This document shows positions 17,984-26,581 of a DNA stretch of 64,000 nucleotides, piece by piece (the first letter of the stretch is position 1; each line of letters starts with the position of its first letter). The position numbers and the translations under genes are program-made. Origin of the DNA: Candidatus Palauibacter polyketidifaciens (GTDB lineage Bacteria > Gemmatimonadota > Gemmatimonadetes > Palauibacterales > Palauibacteraceae); assembly GCF_947581785.1 (NCBI RefSeq), contig NZ_CANPVO010000006.1:37326-101325 (forward strand). The letters run 5' to 3'. The notes beneath the pieces are model-generated. The model worked only from the letters and a program-made list of their open reading frames with translations, made no database searches and was not told where the DNA came from.

Positions 17984-19472
17984 GCGCGCGGTAGCGGCGG
18001 TTATCCCCTTCCAGCGCCCTCAGCAACTCGATCGCCGACGGCGCGCCGGTTGCGGATAGATCCGGGAAACCGGGCCCCGCGATGCGCGCGCGCGGCGGCT
18101 CCGCACCGCCGCCGGCACTTCCGCGGAACTCGACTTCCAGCCGTCGGCCGCGCTCGCACGGGTTGCACAGGACGCCGTCCTCCGCCGCGGATCCGTCGAC
18201 GGCCCACGATCCCTCCGTGCCTCGGAGTGTGAAGCCGGCCAGCGCGTCCGGAACCCGTAACGTGCCGCGCCATACGCCGTCCGTCCCGGCATCGAGCGCC
18301 AGGTCCAGCGTGCCGTGGAACGCTCTCAACACCGGCGCCGCGGACATGCGCCCCTCGCCCTCGCCGTCTCCGCCCTCCCAGCGAAACTCGGCCTTCATGC
18401 CGTCGTCGCGCAGCGCGGCCTCACGGAGCTTCCGGAACGGGAGAACACCCTGGAAGGAGACGGGTACGCCCGGTTTGAGTTCGCCGGAGGCGGCGATGAA
18501 CGACTCGCCCGCAAGGCGCAACTCGGCGGAGCCCTCTCTCGGCGCCGGGGTACGGGCTTCCGGTCGGCGCAGCAGGAACGCGACCATCCGCGCCCGCTGT
18601 CCATCCGGATCCGTGGGCCCGGTCTCATCATCGTCCTCTGCCGCATCGCCCGGGGCGCCCGTGGCGCCGCCGCCCCGGCGGGGGAGGTCGAGGGGGTTTT
18701 GGAATCGGGCCTCGGGGCGCTGGATCCCCGGGGCGCCGCCGCCGTCCATGCCGGCGCTGAACTCGCGACCCCAGCTCCCGAGGTCATAGCTGATTGCGGC
18801 CTGGAGATCTTCGTCGTCCGGGCGCCAGGCGAGCCCCGTAATGCGGGGGGCCGAGACCGTCACGACACCGTCGGGCCAGGTCGGCCGCACGCCGGGCGGG
18901 CGGGAGGCCTGCACGGTCAACCGGTCGCCCGAAGGGTCGTCGCGCTCCGTCCGCACGTTCGGGCCCGTGTCCGGAGAGAGCCGCGCGGCGAGCGAGCGCT
19001 CACACCCGGGTTCGCCGTCGAGCACGACGAGGAGCGTGTTCCAGCCCGCCGCCAGCCGCACTTCGCGCGCGGTTCCAGCGTCCGCGATCTGCTGCGCGTT
19101 CACCCACGCTTCGAGCCGCGCGCAGGGCTCGACACCCAGTTCGAGCCGCACGCTCGCGTCCGCGGACGACTTCAGATATGCGTGGGCGAGCGTCGCCCGC
19201 CCGGCTTCCGAGACATCCGAAAAATCCATCGGCGTCTCACCGTCGCGGCGAAAGAGCGTCCACGTACCCGCAGCGGTTTCGAGGTTCCGGTCCGGGAATC
19301 GGTCCGGCCCCGCGACGGGGAGCGGATGGTCGCCCGCCGCGTGTTCCGCGCTCGTGACCAGCCAGCGGTCCACCGGGATCTCCTGGGCCCACGCGGCTTC
19401 GGGGGCGAGCGCGCACACTCCCGAGGCGGAGAGCACGAGCGGGAGCAGGGTTCGTCGAGCCAGGCGATGCAT
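17919..19472 (-). CDS. secreted hypothetical protein
   Basis: Trimmed to ATG 19472, which gives signal peptide MHRLARRTLLPLVLSASGVCALAPEAAWAQ. No family recognised. Its 3' end overlaps the tatA tail by 65 nt. Confidence 0.5.
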   Translation of the reverse strand: MHRLARRTLLPLVLSASGVCALAPEAAWAQEIPVDRWLVTSAEHAAGDHPLPVAGPDRFPDRNLETAAGTWTLFRRDGETPMDFSDVSEAGRATLAHAYLKSSADASVRLELGVEPCARLEAWVNAQQIADAGTAREVRLAAGWNTLLVVLDGEPGCERSLAARLSPDTGPNVRTERDDPSGDRLTVQASRPPGVRPTWPDGVVTVSAPRITGLAWRPDDEDLQAAISYDLGSWGREFSAGMDGGGAPGIQRPEARFQNPLDLPRRGGGATGAPGDAAEDDDETGPTDPDGQRARMVAFLLRRPEARTPAPREGSAELRLAGESFIAASGELKPGVPVSFQGVLPFRKLREAALRDDGMKAEFRWEGGDGEGEGRMSAAPVLRAFHGTLDLALDAGTDGVWRGTLRVPDALAGFTLRGTEGSWAVDGSAAEDGVLCNPCERGRRLEVEFRGSAGGGAEPPRARIAGPGFPDLSATGAPSAIELLRALEGDNRRYRALIGGPSPDPPLQTAPAVRARS

Positions 19473-19631
19473 CGTGTGTTCCCTCATTTGACCGTCATCC
19501 ACGGGCGGACTCTCTCCAGACGGTTGAACATGGGGCTTTCGTCACACGATGCGCACCCGGCGCGTACCCGGACCGTGCCCGCCACCCGATTCCGGTTGCC
19601 GCCCGGGAGGCCCCCGGACAACTTGATTCTC

Positions 19632-20156
19632 ATGCACAGCGTGGTTGAACTGCGGGTGAACGGAGACCGGCGCCGGGTCGGAGTGCCGTCCCACTACACC
19701 CTCCTCGAGACCCTTCGCTACGGGCTCGGCCTCACGGGATCGAAGCAGGGGTGCGACAAGGGGGACTGCGGGGCGTGCACGGTGCTCCGCGATGGCGAGG
19801 CCGTGCTCTCCTGCATCATGCCGGTGCACGAAGCGACGGGTCACGAGATTACGACCGTCGAAGGTCTCGGGGACGCGTCCGGCCCCCACCCGCTCCAGGA
19901 TGCCTTCGATCTCACGGGAGGGGCGCAATGCGGCTTCTGCACACCGGGCATCCTCTGCTCGGCCCATGGACTGCTGACCCGCGATCCGGACCCCGCTCGC
20001 GAGGATGTCGCGCGGGCGCTCTCCGGCAATCTCTGCCGCTGCACCGGCTATACGAAGATCTTCGAGGCCGTGGACATCGCGGCCGAGGCGATTCGCACGG
20101 GCGAGACCCCCGAGGAGATCGTCTCCCGCCGCCGCGATCCGGGTGGGACGGCATGA
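19632..20156 (+). CDS. (2Fe-2S)-binding protein, CoxS/XdhC-small-subunit type (no signal peptide)
   Basis: Trimmed to ATG 19632. It has CDKGDCGACTV, CGFCTPG and CRCTGY. Confidence 0.9.
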   Translation: MHSVVELRVNGDRRRVGVPSHYTLLETLRYGLGLTGSKQGCDKGDCGACTVLRDGEAVLSCIMPVHEATGHEITTVEGLGDASGPHPLQDAFDLTGGAQCGFCTPGILCSAHGLLTRDPDPAREDVARALSGNLCRCTGYTKIFEAVDIAAEAIRTGETPEEIVSRRRDPGGTA

Positions 20157-20722
20157 TTCCGCCCTCCCCGCGATCCGCGCGCGCGCCTCGCACCCTCGCC
20201 GGCGCGTTCGTGGGGCTCTTCGTCCTCCTGACCCTGGCGGCCGGAGCCGCCGCCCAGACGCCGGAAGAGCGTCTCGCCGAACTCGGAATCGAACTCCCGA
20301 CTCCGGATGCGCCGACCGCCAACTTCGTGAAGGCGGTGACGACCGGAAATCTCGTCTTCCTCGCCGGGCACGGCCCGTGCGGCGGCCTCGACGAGAGCAA
20401 CACCGGGAAGGTCGGCCTCGACCACACCGTCGAGGAGGGCTACGAGATCGCCCGCTGGGTCGGCGTCTGCCTCCTCGCCTCGCTCGCCCGAGAGATCGGC
20501 GACCTCTCCCGGGTGAGGCGGATCGTGCGGGTGTTCGGGATGGTGAACACGCCTCCGGACTTCACGCAGCACTCGCAGGTCATCAACGGCTGCTCAGACC
20601 TCATGGAACAGGTGTTCGGCCCCGCGATCTCGAAGCACGCCCGCGCGGCCGTGGGCATGGCGTCGCTCCCGCGCGACCAGTCGGTCGAGATCGAGATGCT
20701 GGTCGAACTCCACGACCCCTGA
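20153..20722 (+). CDS. RidA/YjgF/L-PSP family protein with predicted N-terminal signal/TM segment
   Basis: ATGA overlap with the preceding stop. LVFLAGHGP...ARAAVGMASLPRDQSVEIEMLVEL is a RidA-like C-terminus. The N-terminus LAGAFVGLFVLLTLAAGAAAQ is hydrophobic. Confidence 0.75.
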   Translation: MIPPSPRSARAPRTLAGAFVGLFVLLTLAAGAAAQTPEERLAELGIELPTPDAPTANFVKAVTTGNLVFLAGHGPCGGLDESNTGKVGLDHTVEEGYEIARWVGVCLLASLAREIGDLSRVRRIVRVFGMVNTPPDFTQHSQVINGCSDLMEQVFGPAISKHARAAVGMASLPRDQSVEIEMLVELHDP

Positions 20723-20738
20723 TCGCACGACCGCCCGC

Positions 20739-22244
20739 ATGCGTCCCGTAGCCCCCGCCCCCGCCGCCTTCCTCGCGCTCCTCGCCGTAGCCCTGCTCGC
20801 CGGGTGCGGCAGCGCCGGAGATACGGGCTCGTCTTCCGACCTCGCGCGCGGGATCGACGCCGTGTTCGCCGACCTGGACCGCCCGGGCTCGCCGGGCGCC
20901 GCCGTATCGGTCATCCGCGACGGCGAGATCATTCACTCCCGCGGCTACGGCTACGCCCAGATCGAGCACGGCATCCCCGTGACCCCGCGGACGGTCTTCC
21001 ACGTCGCCTCCGTGTCGAAGCAGTTCACGGCCATGGCCGTCACCATGCTCGCGGCCGAGGGGGCGCTTTCGCTGGACGACCCCGTGCAGGCGCACCTCGA
21101 GTTCGTCCCCGAGTTCGAACATCCGGTCACCGTCCGCCAGATGATCCACCACACGAGCGGCATCCGGGACCAGTGGCAGCTCCTCGGGATCTCCGGCTGG
21201 CGCCTCGACGACGTGATCACGACGGAACAGATCCTCCGACTCATGTCGCGCCAGCGGGAACTCAACTTCGTGCCCGGCTCGGAGTACCTCTACTCCAACA
21301 TGGGCTACACGCTCCTCGCGGAGACGGCGGTGGCGGTCGGCGGCCTGCCATTCCCGGAGTTCACGGCCGCAAGGATCTTCCAGCCGCTCGAAATGGACCG
21401 AACGCACTTCCACGACGACCACGAACACATCGTCCCCGACCGCGCCTATTCCTACCGGCCGGTCCCGACGGGAGACGATGGGAGTGTTGAGGGAAGCGGG
21501 GCGGGGCCGCAGCCGGAGTACACCAAGGCCGTTCTCAGCTACGCGAACGCGGGGGCGACGAGCCTGTTCACGACGGCGGACGACCTCGCCCGCTGGCTCG
21601 ACAACTTCCGGCACGAGACGGTCGGCGGCCCCGAGGTGATGGAGATGATGACGACGCGCGGGGTCCTGAACGGCGGAGATACGATTCCCTACGCGCACGG
21701 CCTGAGCATCGGCGACCACCGGGGGCTGCGCACGGTGGGGCACGGAGGCGCCGACGCAGGGTTCCGGACGCAGGCGATCTGGTATCCCGAGGCGAATGCC
21801 GGGGTCGTCGTCCTCACCAATGTGGCGAACGGCAATCCGGGCGGTCGCGCCCGACAGGTGGCGGAACTCGTCCTCGCCGGAGTCTTCCCCGAGGGCGCGC
21901 CGGAGGAGGAAGAGGAGGACCCGTCCGCGGCCGCCGCTTCAGAGGCGCCTCCGAAGCCCGACGCGGGGACGCTGGCGGGATACGCCGGCAGCTACTACAG
22001 CCCGGAAGTCGATGCGCTGTATCACCTCGACGTCACGGACGACGGGCTCGTCGCGCGCCACGTACGCCACGGCGAGATCGCCCTCGAACCGCGGGCCGCC
22101 GACGAGTTCGCCACGGATCGCTGGTTCATGCGCGAGATCCGCTTCGAGCGCGCGCCGGACGGCGCCGTCACGGAAATGCGGGTCGGCGGCGGCAGGGTCC
22201 GGAACCTGCTCTTCGTCAAGCTGATCCGTCCGCTGCCCCGTTAG
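20739..22244 (+). CDS. serine hydrolase, beta-lactamase/PBP4* (class C-like) family lipoprotein
   Basis: Lipobox LLAGC and the SxxK motif in FHVASVSKQFTAM. YSNMGY is a YxN-like motif. Confidence 0.85.
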   Translation: MRPVAPAPAAFLALLAVALLAGCGSAGDTGSSSDLARGIDAVFADLDRPGSPGAAVSVIRDGEIIHSRGYGYAQIEHGIPVTPRTVFHVASVSKQFTAMAVTMLAAEGALSLDDPVQAHLEFVPEFEHPVTVRQMIHHTSGIRDQWQLLGISGWRLDDVITTEQILRLMSRQRELNFVPGSEYLYSNMGYTLLAETAVAVGGLPFPEFTAARIFQPLEMDRTHFHDDHEHIVPDRAYSYRPVPTGDDGSVEGSGAGPQPEYTKAVLSYANAGATSLFTTADDLARWLDNFRHETVGGPEVMEMMTTRGVLNGGDTIPYAHGLSIGDHRGLRTVGHGGADAGFRTQAIWYPEANAGVVVLTNVANGNPGGRARQVAELVLAGVFPEGAPEEEEEDPSAAAASEAPPKPDAGTLAGYAGSYYSPEVDALYHLDVTDDGLVARHVRHGEIALEPRAADEFATDRWFMREIRFERAPDGAVTEMRVGGGRVRNLLFVKLIRPLPR

Positions 22245-22627
22245 GGACTCAGCGTCCTCGCACGCCCATACAGCTTGCCGGCAAGCCTCCGGATCCATCA
22301 CCACGACCGGGCGTCGCTGCTGGCCGGCAAACTGCACGCGACGCTCCACCGGCCCTGGCTGAAGGGCAGGGACATCTACGATCTCGTCTGGTACCTGAGC
22401 GATCCTGCGTGGCCGGAACCGAACCTCGATCTGCTGAACGCCGCGCGCCGCCAAACGGAGCCGACCGCGGCGGCGCTCACAGAGGACACGTGGCGGGAAA
22501 CGGTGCGGCGAGGGTCGCGGGCGAGGAGTGGGCGACGGTCGAGGCCGATGTCCGCCCCTTTCTGGAGAGCGGCGAAACGATGCCCGCGCTGGCCGACACG
22601 ATGGACCTGCTGCGCCCGGACCGCTGA
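22245..22627 (+). pseudogene. remnant of a nucleotidyltransferase AbiEii/AbiGii-type toxin gene (N-terminally truncated, one frameshift)
   Basis: Frame 0 gives ...LLAGKLHATLHRPWLKGRDIYDLVWYLSDP...TEDTWRETVRR. After a frameshift near 22505-22515, frame 2 continues VAGEEWATVEADVRPFLESGETMPALADTMDLL. The reading frame opens directly at the stop of the upstream gene, so the catalytic N-terminal half is missing. Confidence 0.5.
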
Positions 22628-22683
22628 CCCGAGACGAACTCGGCCCGCCTCCCTCGAACGGGCCGTCTAGCCTTCGAGGAGGC

Positions 22684-23229
22684 CTACGAACCGCCGGGGC
22701 TCTCCGAGGCGAGGCGGTCGATGACGAGTTGCGTGATGTCGACGCGTTCGCTGAACAGGATGATGATGGGGCTCGTCGCGTTCAGGATCAGGTCGTAATC
22801 CAGTTCCGCCTGAATCGCTTCGATCACCGGCGCGAGTTCCGCGCGGATCCGCTCGCGTCCGTCGTTCTGCAGCGCGGTCGCTTCCTCCTGCTTGTCCTGC
22901 TGGTAGCGCTGGAAAGCCGTGAGGGCATCCTGATACTCGCGTTCGAGCACGCGTTGCTCGTCGACGGTCAGGCTGTCCGCTTCGGCGACCCGTAGCTCGA
23001 CCGCGCGCACCGCTTCCTGGCGCGACTGCAGTTCGGCGGCGAGTTCCTGCTGGAAGTCCGTCAGTTGCTGCGCGAGTTCCTGTCCCGCCGGCGACCCGAA
23101 CGCGGCGGCGTCCAGGTCGATGACGCCGATCCTGAGCGGTGCCTCGTCCGCCTGACCCGCCAGCGCCGTGGGCGCCAGCGCCAGGAGCAGCGCGGCGAAC
23201 GAAAGCACGAGACGTGCGTACCTTTCCAT
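22684..23229 (-). CDS. OmpH/Skp-family periplasmic chaperone
   Basis: Trimmed to ATG 23229, preceded by GAGGGAGAA. The signal peptide is LVLSFAALLLALAPTALAGQ. The body is coiled-coil and Gln/Glu-rich, and ends in a DYDLILN...ILF pattern typical of Skp. Confidence 0.7.
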   Translation of the reverse strand: MERYARLVLSFAALLLALAPTALAGQADEAPLRIGVIDLDAAAFGSPAGQELAQQLTDFQQELAAELQSRQEAVRAVELRVAEADSLTVDEQRVLEREYQDALTAFQRYQQDKQEEATALQNDGRERIRAELAPVIEAIQAELDYDLILNATSPIIILFSERVDITQLVIDRLASESPGGS

Positions 23230-23320
23230 CGTTCTCCCTCTATTGGAACCTGCCGGAACGGGCCTACCCTTGAGGGGCCGCACCGGCTTCATCGTCACGG
23301 AAACATGAAAGTAACGCGAT

Positions 23321-24889
23321 ATGTCTGAAGGAACGAAACGCCCCCGCGGCGGCGGGCGCAGCCTCCACCTCCTTTCGGCGCTGATCCTTGGAGTCGCCGG
23401 AGGCGCCGGCGCTCCGGAACGGGCCGCCGCGCAGGCGGCCACGGGTGTGACGGAAGAACCGGCCACAGTCCTCTTCACGAACGCGACGCTCGTCGACGGG
23501 ATGGGCGCACCCGGCTATGTCGGCGACCTGCTCATCGACGGGGGACGCATTGCGGCACTCGGCGCCCCGGGCTCCGTCGAGGCCCCGCCCGATGCGGAAC
23601 GGCGCGACCTCACGGGCCTCGTCCTCGCTCCGGGCTTCATCGACATCCACAACCACTCCACGGACCGCCTGTTCAACTTCCCGCTGGCCACGACCCAACT
23701 CGCGCAGGGCATCACGACGATCGTCGTCGGGGCCGACGGCTCCTCTCCGTGGCCGATCTCGGACTACCTGGCGCGCATCGACGAACTCCGTCCCACGGTG
23801 GACGTCGCGACGCTCGTCGGACACGGGACCGTGCGCAGACTCGCGCTGGGGGAGAACTACCGGCGCAGCGCGACGGACGCCGAGATCGCGGACATGACGG
23901 TGCGCGTCGAGCGCGGGATGACCGACGGCGCGTTCGGCCTTTCGAGCGGACTCGAATACGACCCCGGCTTCTACTCCACGACGGGCGAGCTGATCGCGGT
24001 GGCGCGGGCGGCGGCGGGCCACGGCGGCTTCTACATGACCCACATGCGCGACGAGGAAGAAGGGCTGATGGAGGCCGTGGACGAGGCGATCCGCATCGGG
24101 CGCGAGGCGGGGCTTCCGGTGCAGATCTCGCACATCAAGGCGGGGAACGCCTCGGTCTGGGGACGCGCTCCGGACGTGCTTGAGCGGATCCGGCGGGCGA
24201 ACGACGAGGGGCTGGACGTGACGGCGGACCAGTACCCGTACGCGGCGTGGCAGTCCGGACTCGCGATCGTGGTGCGTTCGAGGATGTTCTCGAACCCCGA
24301 CTCCGTGGCGAAGGGGATCGCGGCGGCCGGCGGCGCGAACCGGCTGCAGATCGTCGCCTTCTGGGACGAACCCGAACTGAACGGGCTGCGGCTCGACGAG
24401 ATCGCCCGGCGCCGGGGGATGACGGACGTCGAGGCGTACATATGGATCATGGAGAACGGGGGCTCCGGGCTCATCGGCCACACGATGAACGAGGACGACG
24501 TCGATACGTTCATGGCCTCGCCGTGGGTGATGACGTCGAGCGACGGCGGGGTGCGGAGCGCGCACCCGCGCGGCGCCGGGACTTTCCCGCGCGTGCTGGG
24601 CCACTACGTGCGGGAACGCGGCATCCTGACGCTGGAGCGGGCGGTGCAGCGCGGCACCTCGATGCCGGCGCGGCGGCTGAAGCTGAACGACCGCGGAGTG
24701 CTGCGCGCCGGGGCCCGGGCGGACCTCGTGATCTTCGACCCCGTGCGCGTGGTGGACCGGTCGACCTTCGACAACGGGACCCGGCAGGCGGAGGGCGTCG
24801 AGAGCGTGTGGCTCGGCGGCGTGGAGACCTGGTCCGCCGGGGAGCCGACCGGCGCCCGCCCCGGCCGCGCCATCCGCCGCGCGCCCTGA
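23321..24889 (+). CDS. amidohydrolase, N-acyl-D-amino-acid deacylase (D-aminoacylase)-like, secreted
   Basis: APGFIDIHNHS is the metal-binding HxH motif, and the length and layout fit D-aminoacylases. There is an N-terminal signal-like segment. Confidence 0.75.
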   Translation: MSEGTKRPRGGGRSLHLLSALILGVAGGAGAPERAAAQAATGVTEEPATVLFTNATLVDGMGAPGYVGDLLIDGGRIAALGAPGSVEAPPDAERRDLTGLVLAPGFIDIHNHSTDRLFNFPLATTQLAQGITTIVVGADGSSPWPISDYLARIDELRPTVDVATLVGHGTVRRLALGENYRRSATDAEIADMTVRVERGMTDGAFGLSSGLEYDPGFYSTTGELIAVARAAAGHGGFYMTHMRDEEEGLMEAVDEAIRIGREAGLPVQISHIKAGNASVWGRAPDVLERIRRANDEGLDVTADQYPYAAWQSGLAIVVRSRMFSNPDSVAKGIAAAGGANRLQIVAFWDEPELNGLRLDEIARRRGMTDVEAYIWIMENGGSGLIGHTMNEDDVDTFMASPWVMTSSDGGVRSAHPRGAGTFPRVLGHYVRERGILTLERAVQRGTSMPARRLKLNDRGVLRAGARADLVIFDPVRVVDRSTFDNGTRQAEGVESVWLGGVETWSAGEPTGARPGRAIRRAP

Positions 24890-24935
24890 CCGGGCATTCG
24901 GACGCGCGCGTCGCCTGTGGGGCGGGGTGGGAGCC

Positions 24936-25340
24936 TCAGTCGGCGGCCGCCTCCCCGCGCTCGGCGGTCGCGACGATCTCGATGCCGCCACGGACGTTCT
25001 GCTCAACCTCGACGCGCACCCGGCGCGGCGCCACGGCGTAGACCACGTCGTCGGCGATCCGGGCCGCGAGCGTCTCGCAAAACTCCCCCTCGTCGCGGAA
25101 GGACCACAGGTAGAACTTGAGCGCCTTCGACTCCAGGCAGCGGTCGCGCGGCTCGTAGTCGATCGTCACCCGCCCGAAGTCCGGCTGTCCCGTCTTCGGG
25201 CACAGCGATGTGAACTCCAGCGCCCGCAGTCGGACGCGCTGGACGTCGGCCGCCGGGATCGCCTCCGCGCGCAGCGTCTCGCGTCCCTCCTCCGGGTCCC
25301 GGGGCCGCGGCAGGGGACCGGACGCGGGGAGCCTCGTCAT
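24936..25340 (-). CDS. queF: NADPH-dependent 7-cyano-7-deazaguanine (preQ0) reductase, unimodular type
   Basis: SLCPKTGQPDF carries the catalytic Cys. ESKALKFYLWSFR is the QueF motif. Confidence 0.85.
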   Translation of the reverse strand: MTRLPASGPLPRPRDPEEGRETLRAEAIPAADVQRVRLRALEFTSLCPKTGQPDFGRVTIDYEPRDRCLESKALKFYLWSFRDEGEFCETLAARIADDVVYAVAPRRVRVEVEQNVRGGIEIVATAERGEAAAD

Positions 25341-26581
25341 CCGTCCTCCGTCCCTCCGGTCATCTCTTCATCCGCCTCTTCATCGTTGCGCGTCATCGCA
25401 TCGACGGTCGTGGCGGCGGCCATGTGGCCGATGACGTTCGTCGCCGAGCGGAAGACGTCGGGCACGCGGTCGATCCCGAGCAGGATCCCGAGTCCGGCCA
25501 GGGGGACGCCCACCACATCGAGCGCCGGCACCATCGACACGATGCTCGCGCTCGGCACCGGCGCCACCGTCATCGCTGCGAGGAAGATCGCGAGGACCGC
25601 CGCGGCGATGAGCCCCGCATCGAGCGGGACCCCGTACATGGCGGCGAGGAAGACCAGCGAAGCGCTCTGGAAGAGGGCGCTCCCCGGCCGGTTGATCGAG
25701 GCCCCGAGCGGGAGGATCAGGGTGTAGCGGTCTCGCCGGAGCCCCAGCTTCTCCGCCTCCTGCAGCATCATGGGCAGCGTACCCACCGACGTCGTCGTGG
25801 TGAAGCCGACGGTGTACGTACCCACCGTGCCGCGGATGAATCGCCCCGCCCGCATGCCGCCGACGAAGCGGACCATGGGCAGCAGGACGAGACCCTTGAG
25901 GATGAAGAGACCGACGACGACCGCGAGGATGAAGACGGCGAGGTTCTGGAGCAGCGCGAGCCCCGTGCGCGCGACCACCGGCGCGGCGAGGCCGAACACG
26001 CCCACCGGGGCCGTCCACAGAACCCAGTTCATGAGCTTGATGAGGGCGTCGCCCGCCGACTCCGCGAATCCGGTGAGCAACTCCCGCTTCTCACGCGGCA
26101 GTGTCGTCGTGGCCGCCGCGAGAAGGACGATGAAGATGAGGATCGAGAGCAGCGATCCGTCCGCCGCCGCCTGCACCGGGTTCCTCGGCACGAGGTTCAC
26201 GAGGAAGTCGATCACGCCCGGGTTCGCTGTGTTCAGCTCCGTCGTCGGGGTCGGGGGCGGCACCGGCGCCGTGAAGCTGAGCGCGAACCCCATCACGCCC
26301 ATTCCGATGAGGATCGCCGGCAGCGTCGTGATCCAGAAAAAGCCGACGGAGAGGCCGCCGATGCGCCCCAGCTTGCGGAGGCTCCCGATCCGCCCCACGC
26401 CGACGAACACGACCGCGGCGACGAGCGGAATCACGACCATCTGAATCGCGCGCAGGAAGACCTGTCCGAGCGGCGCCACGGCCTCTGCCGCGCGCAGGAG
26501 CGCCGGAGATCCGGTGACGGAGGCGGCGACCCCGAGCCCCAGTCCAAGTGCGAGACCGATGAGAATGGCGCGAGTGTTCAC
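25337..26581 (-). CDS. dicarboxylate/amino acid:cation symporter (DAACS, GltP/DctA family)
   Basis: Multi-TM protein. FLRAIQMVVIPLV, TSSVGTLP-like TTSVGTLPM, and GASINRPGSAL, INMDG-like, are DAACS signatures. The GTG start at 26581 overlaps the upstream stop (GTGA). Confidence 0.85.
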   Translation of the reverse strand: MNTRAILIGLALGLGLGVAASVTGSPALLRAAEAVAPLGQVFLRAIQMVVIPLVAAVVFVGVGRIGSLRKLGRIGGLSVGFFWITTLPAILIGMGVMGFALSFTAPVPPPTPTTELNTANPGVIDFLVNLVPRNPVQAAADGSLLSILIFIVLLAAATTTLPREKRELLTGFAESAGDALIKLMNWVLWTAPVGVFGLAAPVVARTGLALLQNLAVFILAVVVGLFILKGLVLLPMVRFVGGMRAGRFIRGTVGTYTVGFTTTTSVGTLPMMLQEAEKLGLRRDRYTLILPLGASINRPGSALFQSASLVFLAAMYGVPLDAGLIAAAVLAIFLAAMTVAPVPSASIVSMVPALDVVGVPLAGLGILLGIDRVPDVFRSATNVIGHMAAATTVDAMTRNDEEADEEMTGGTEDG

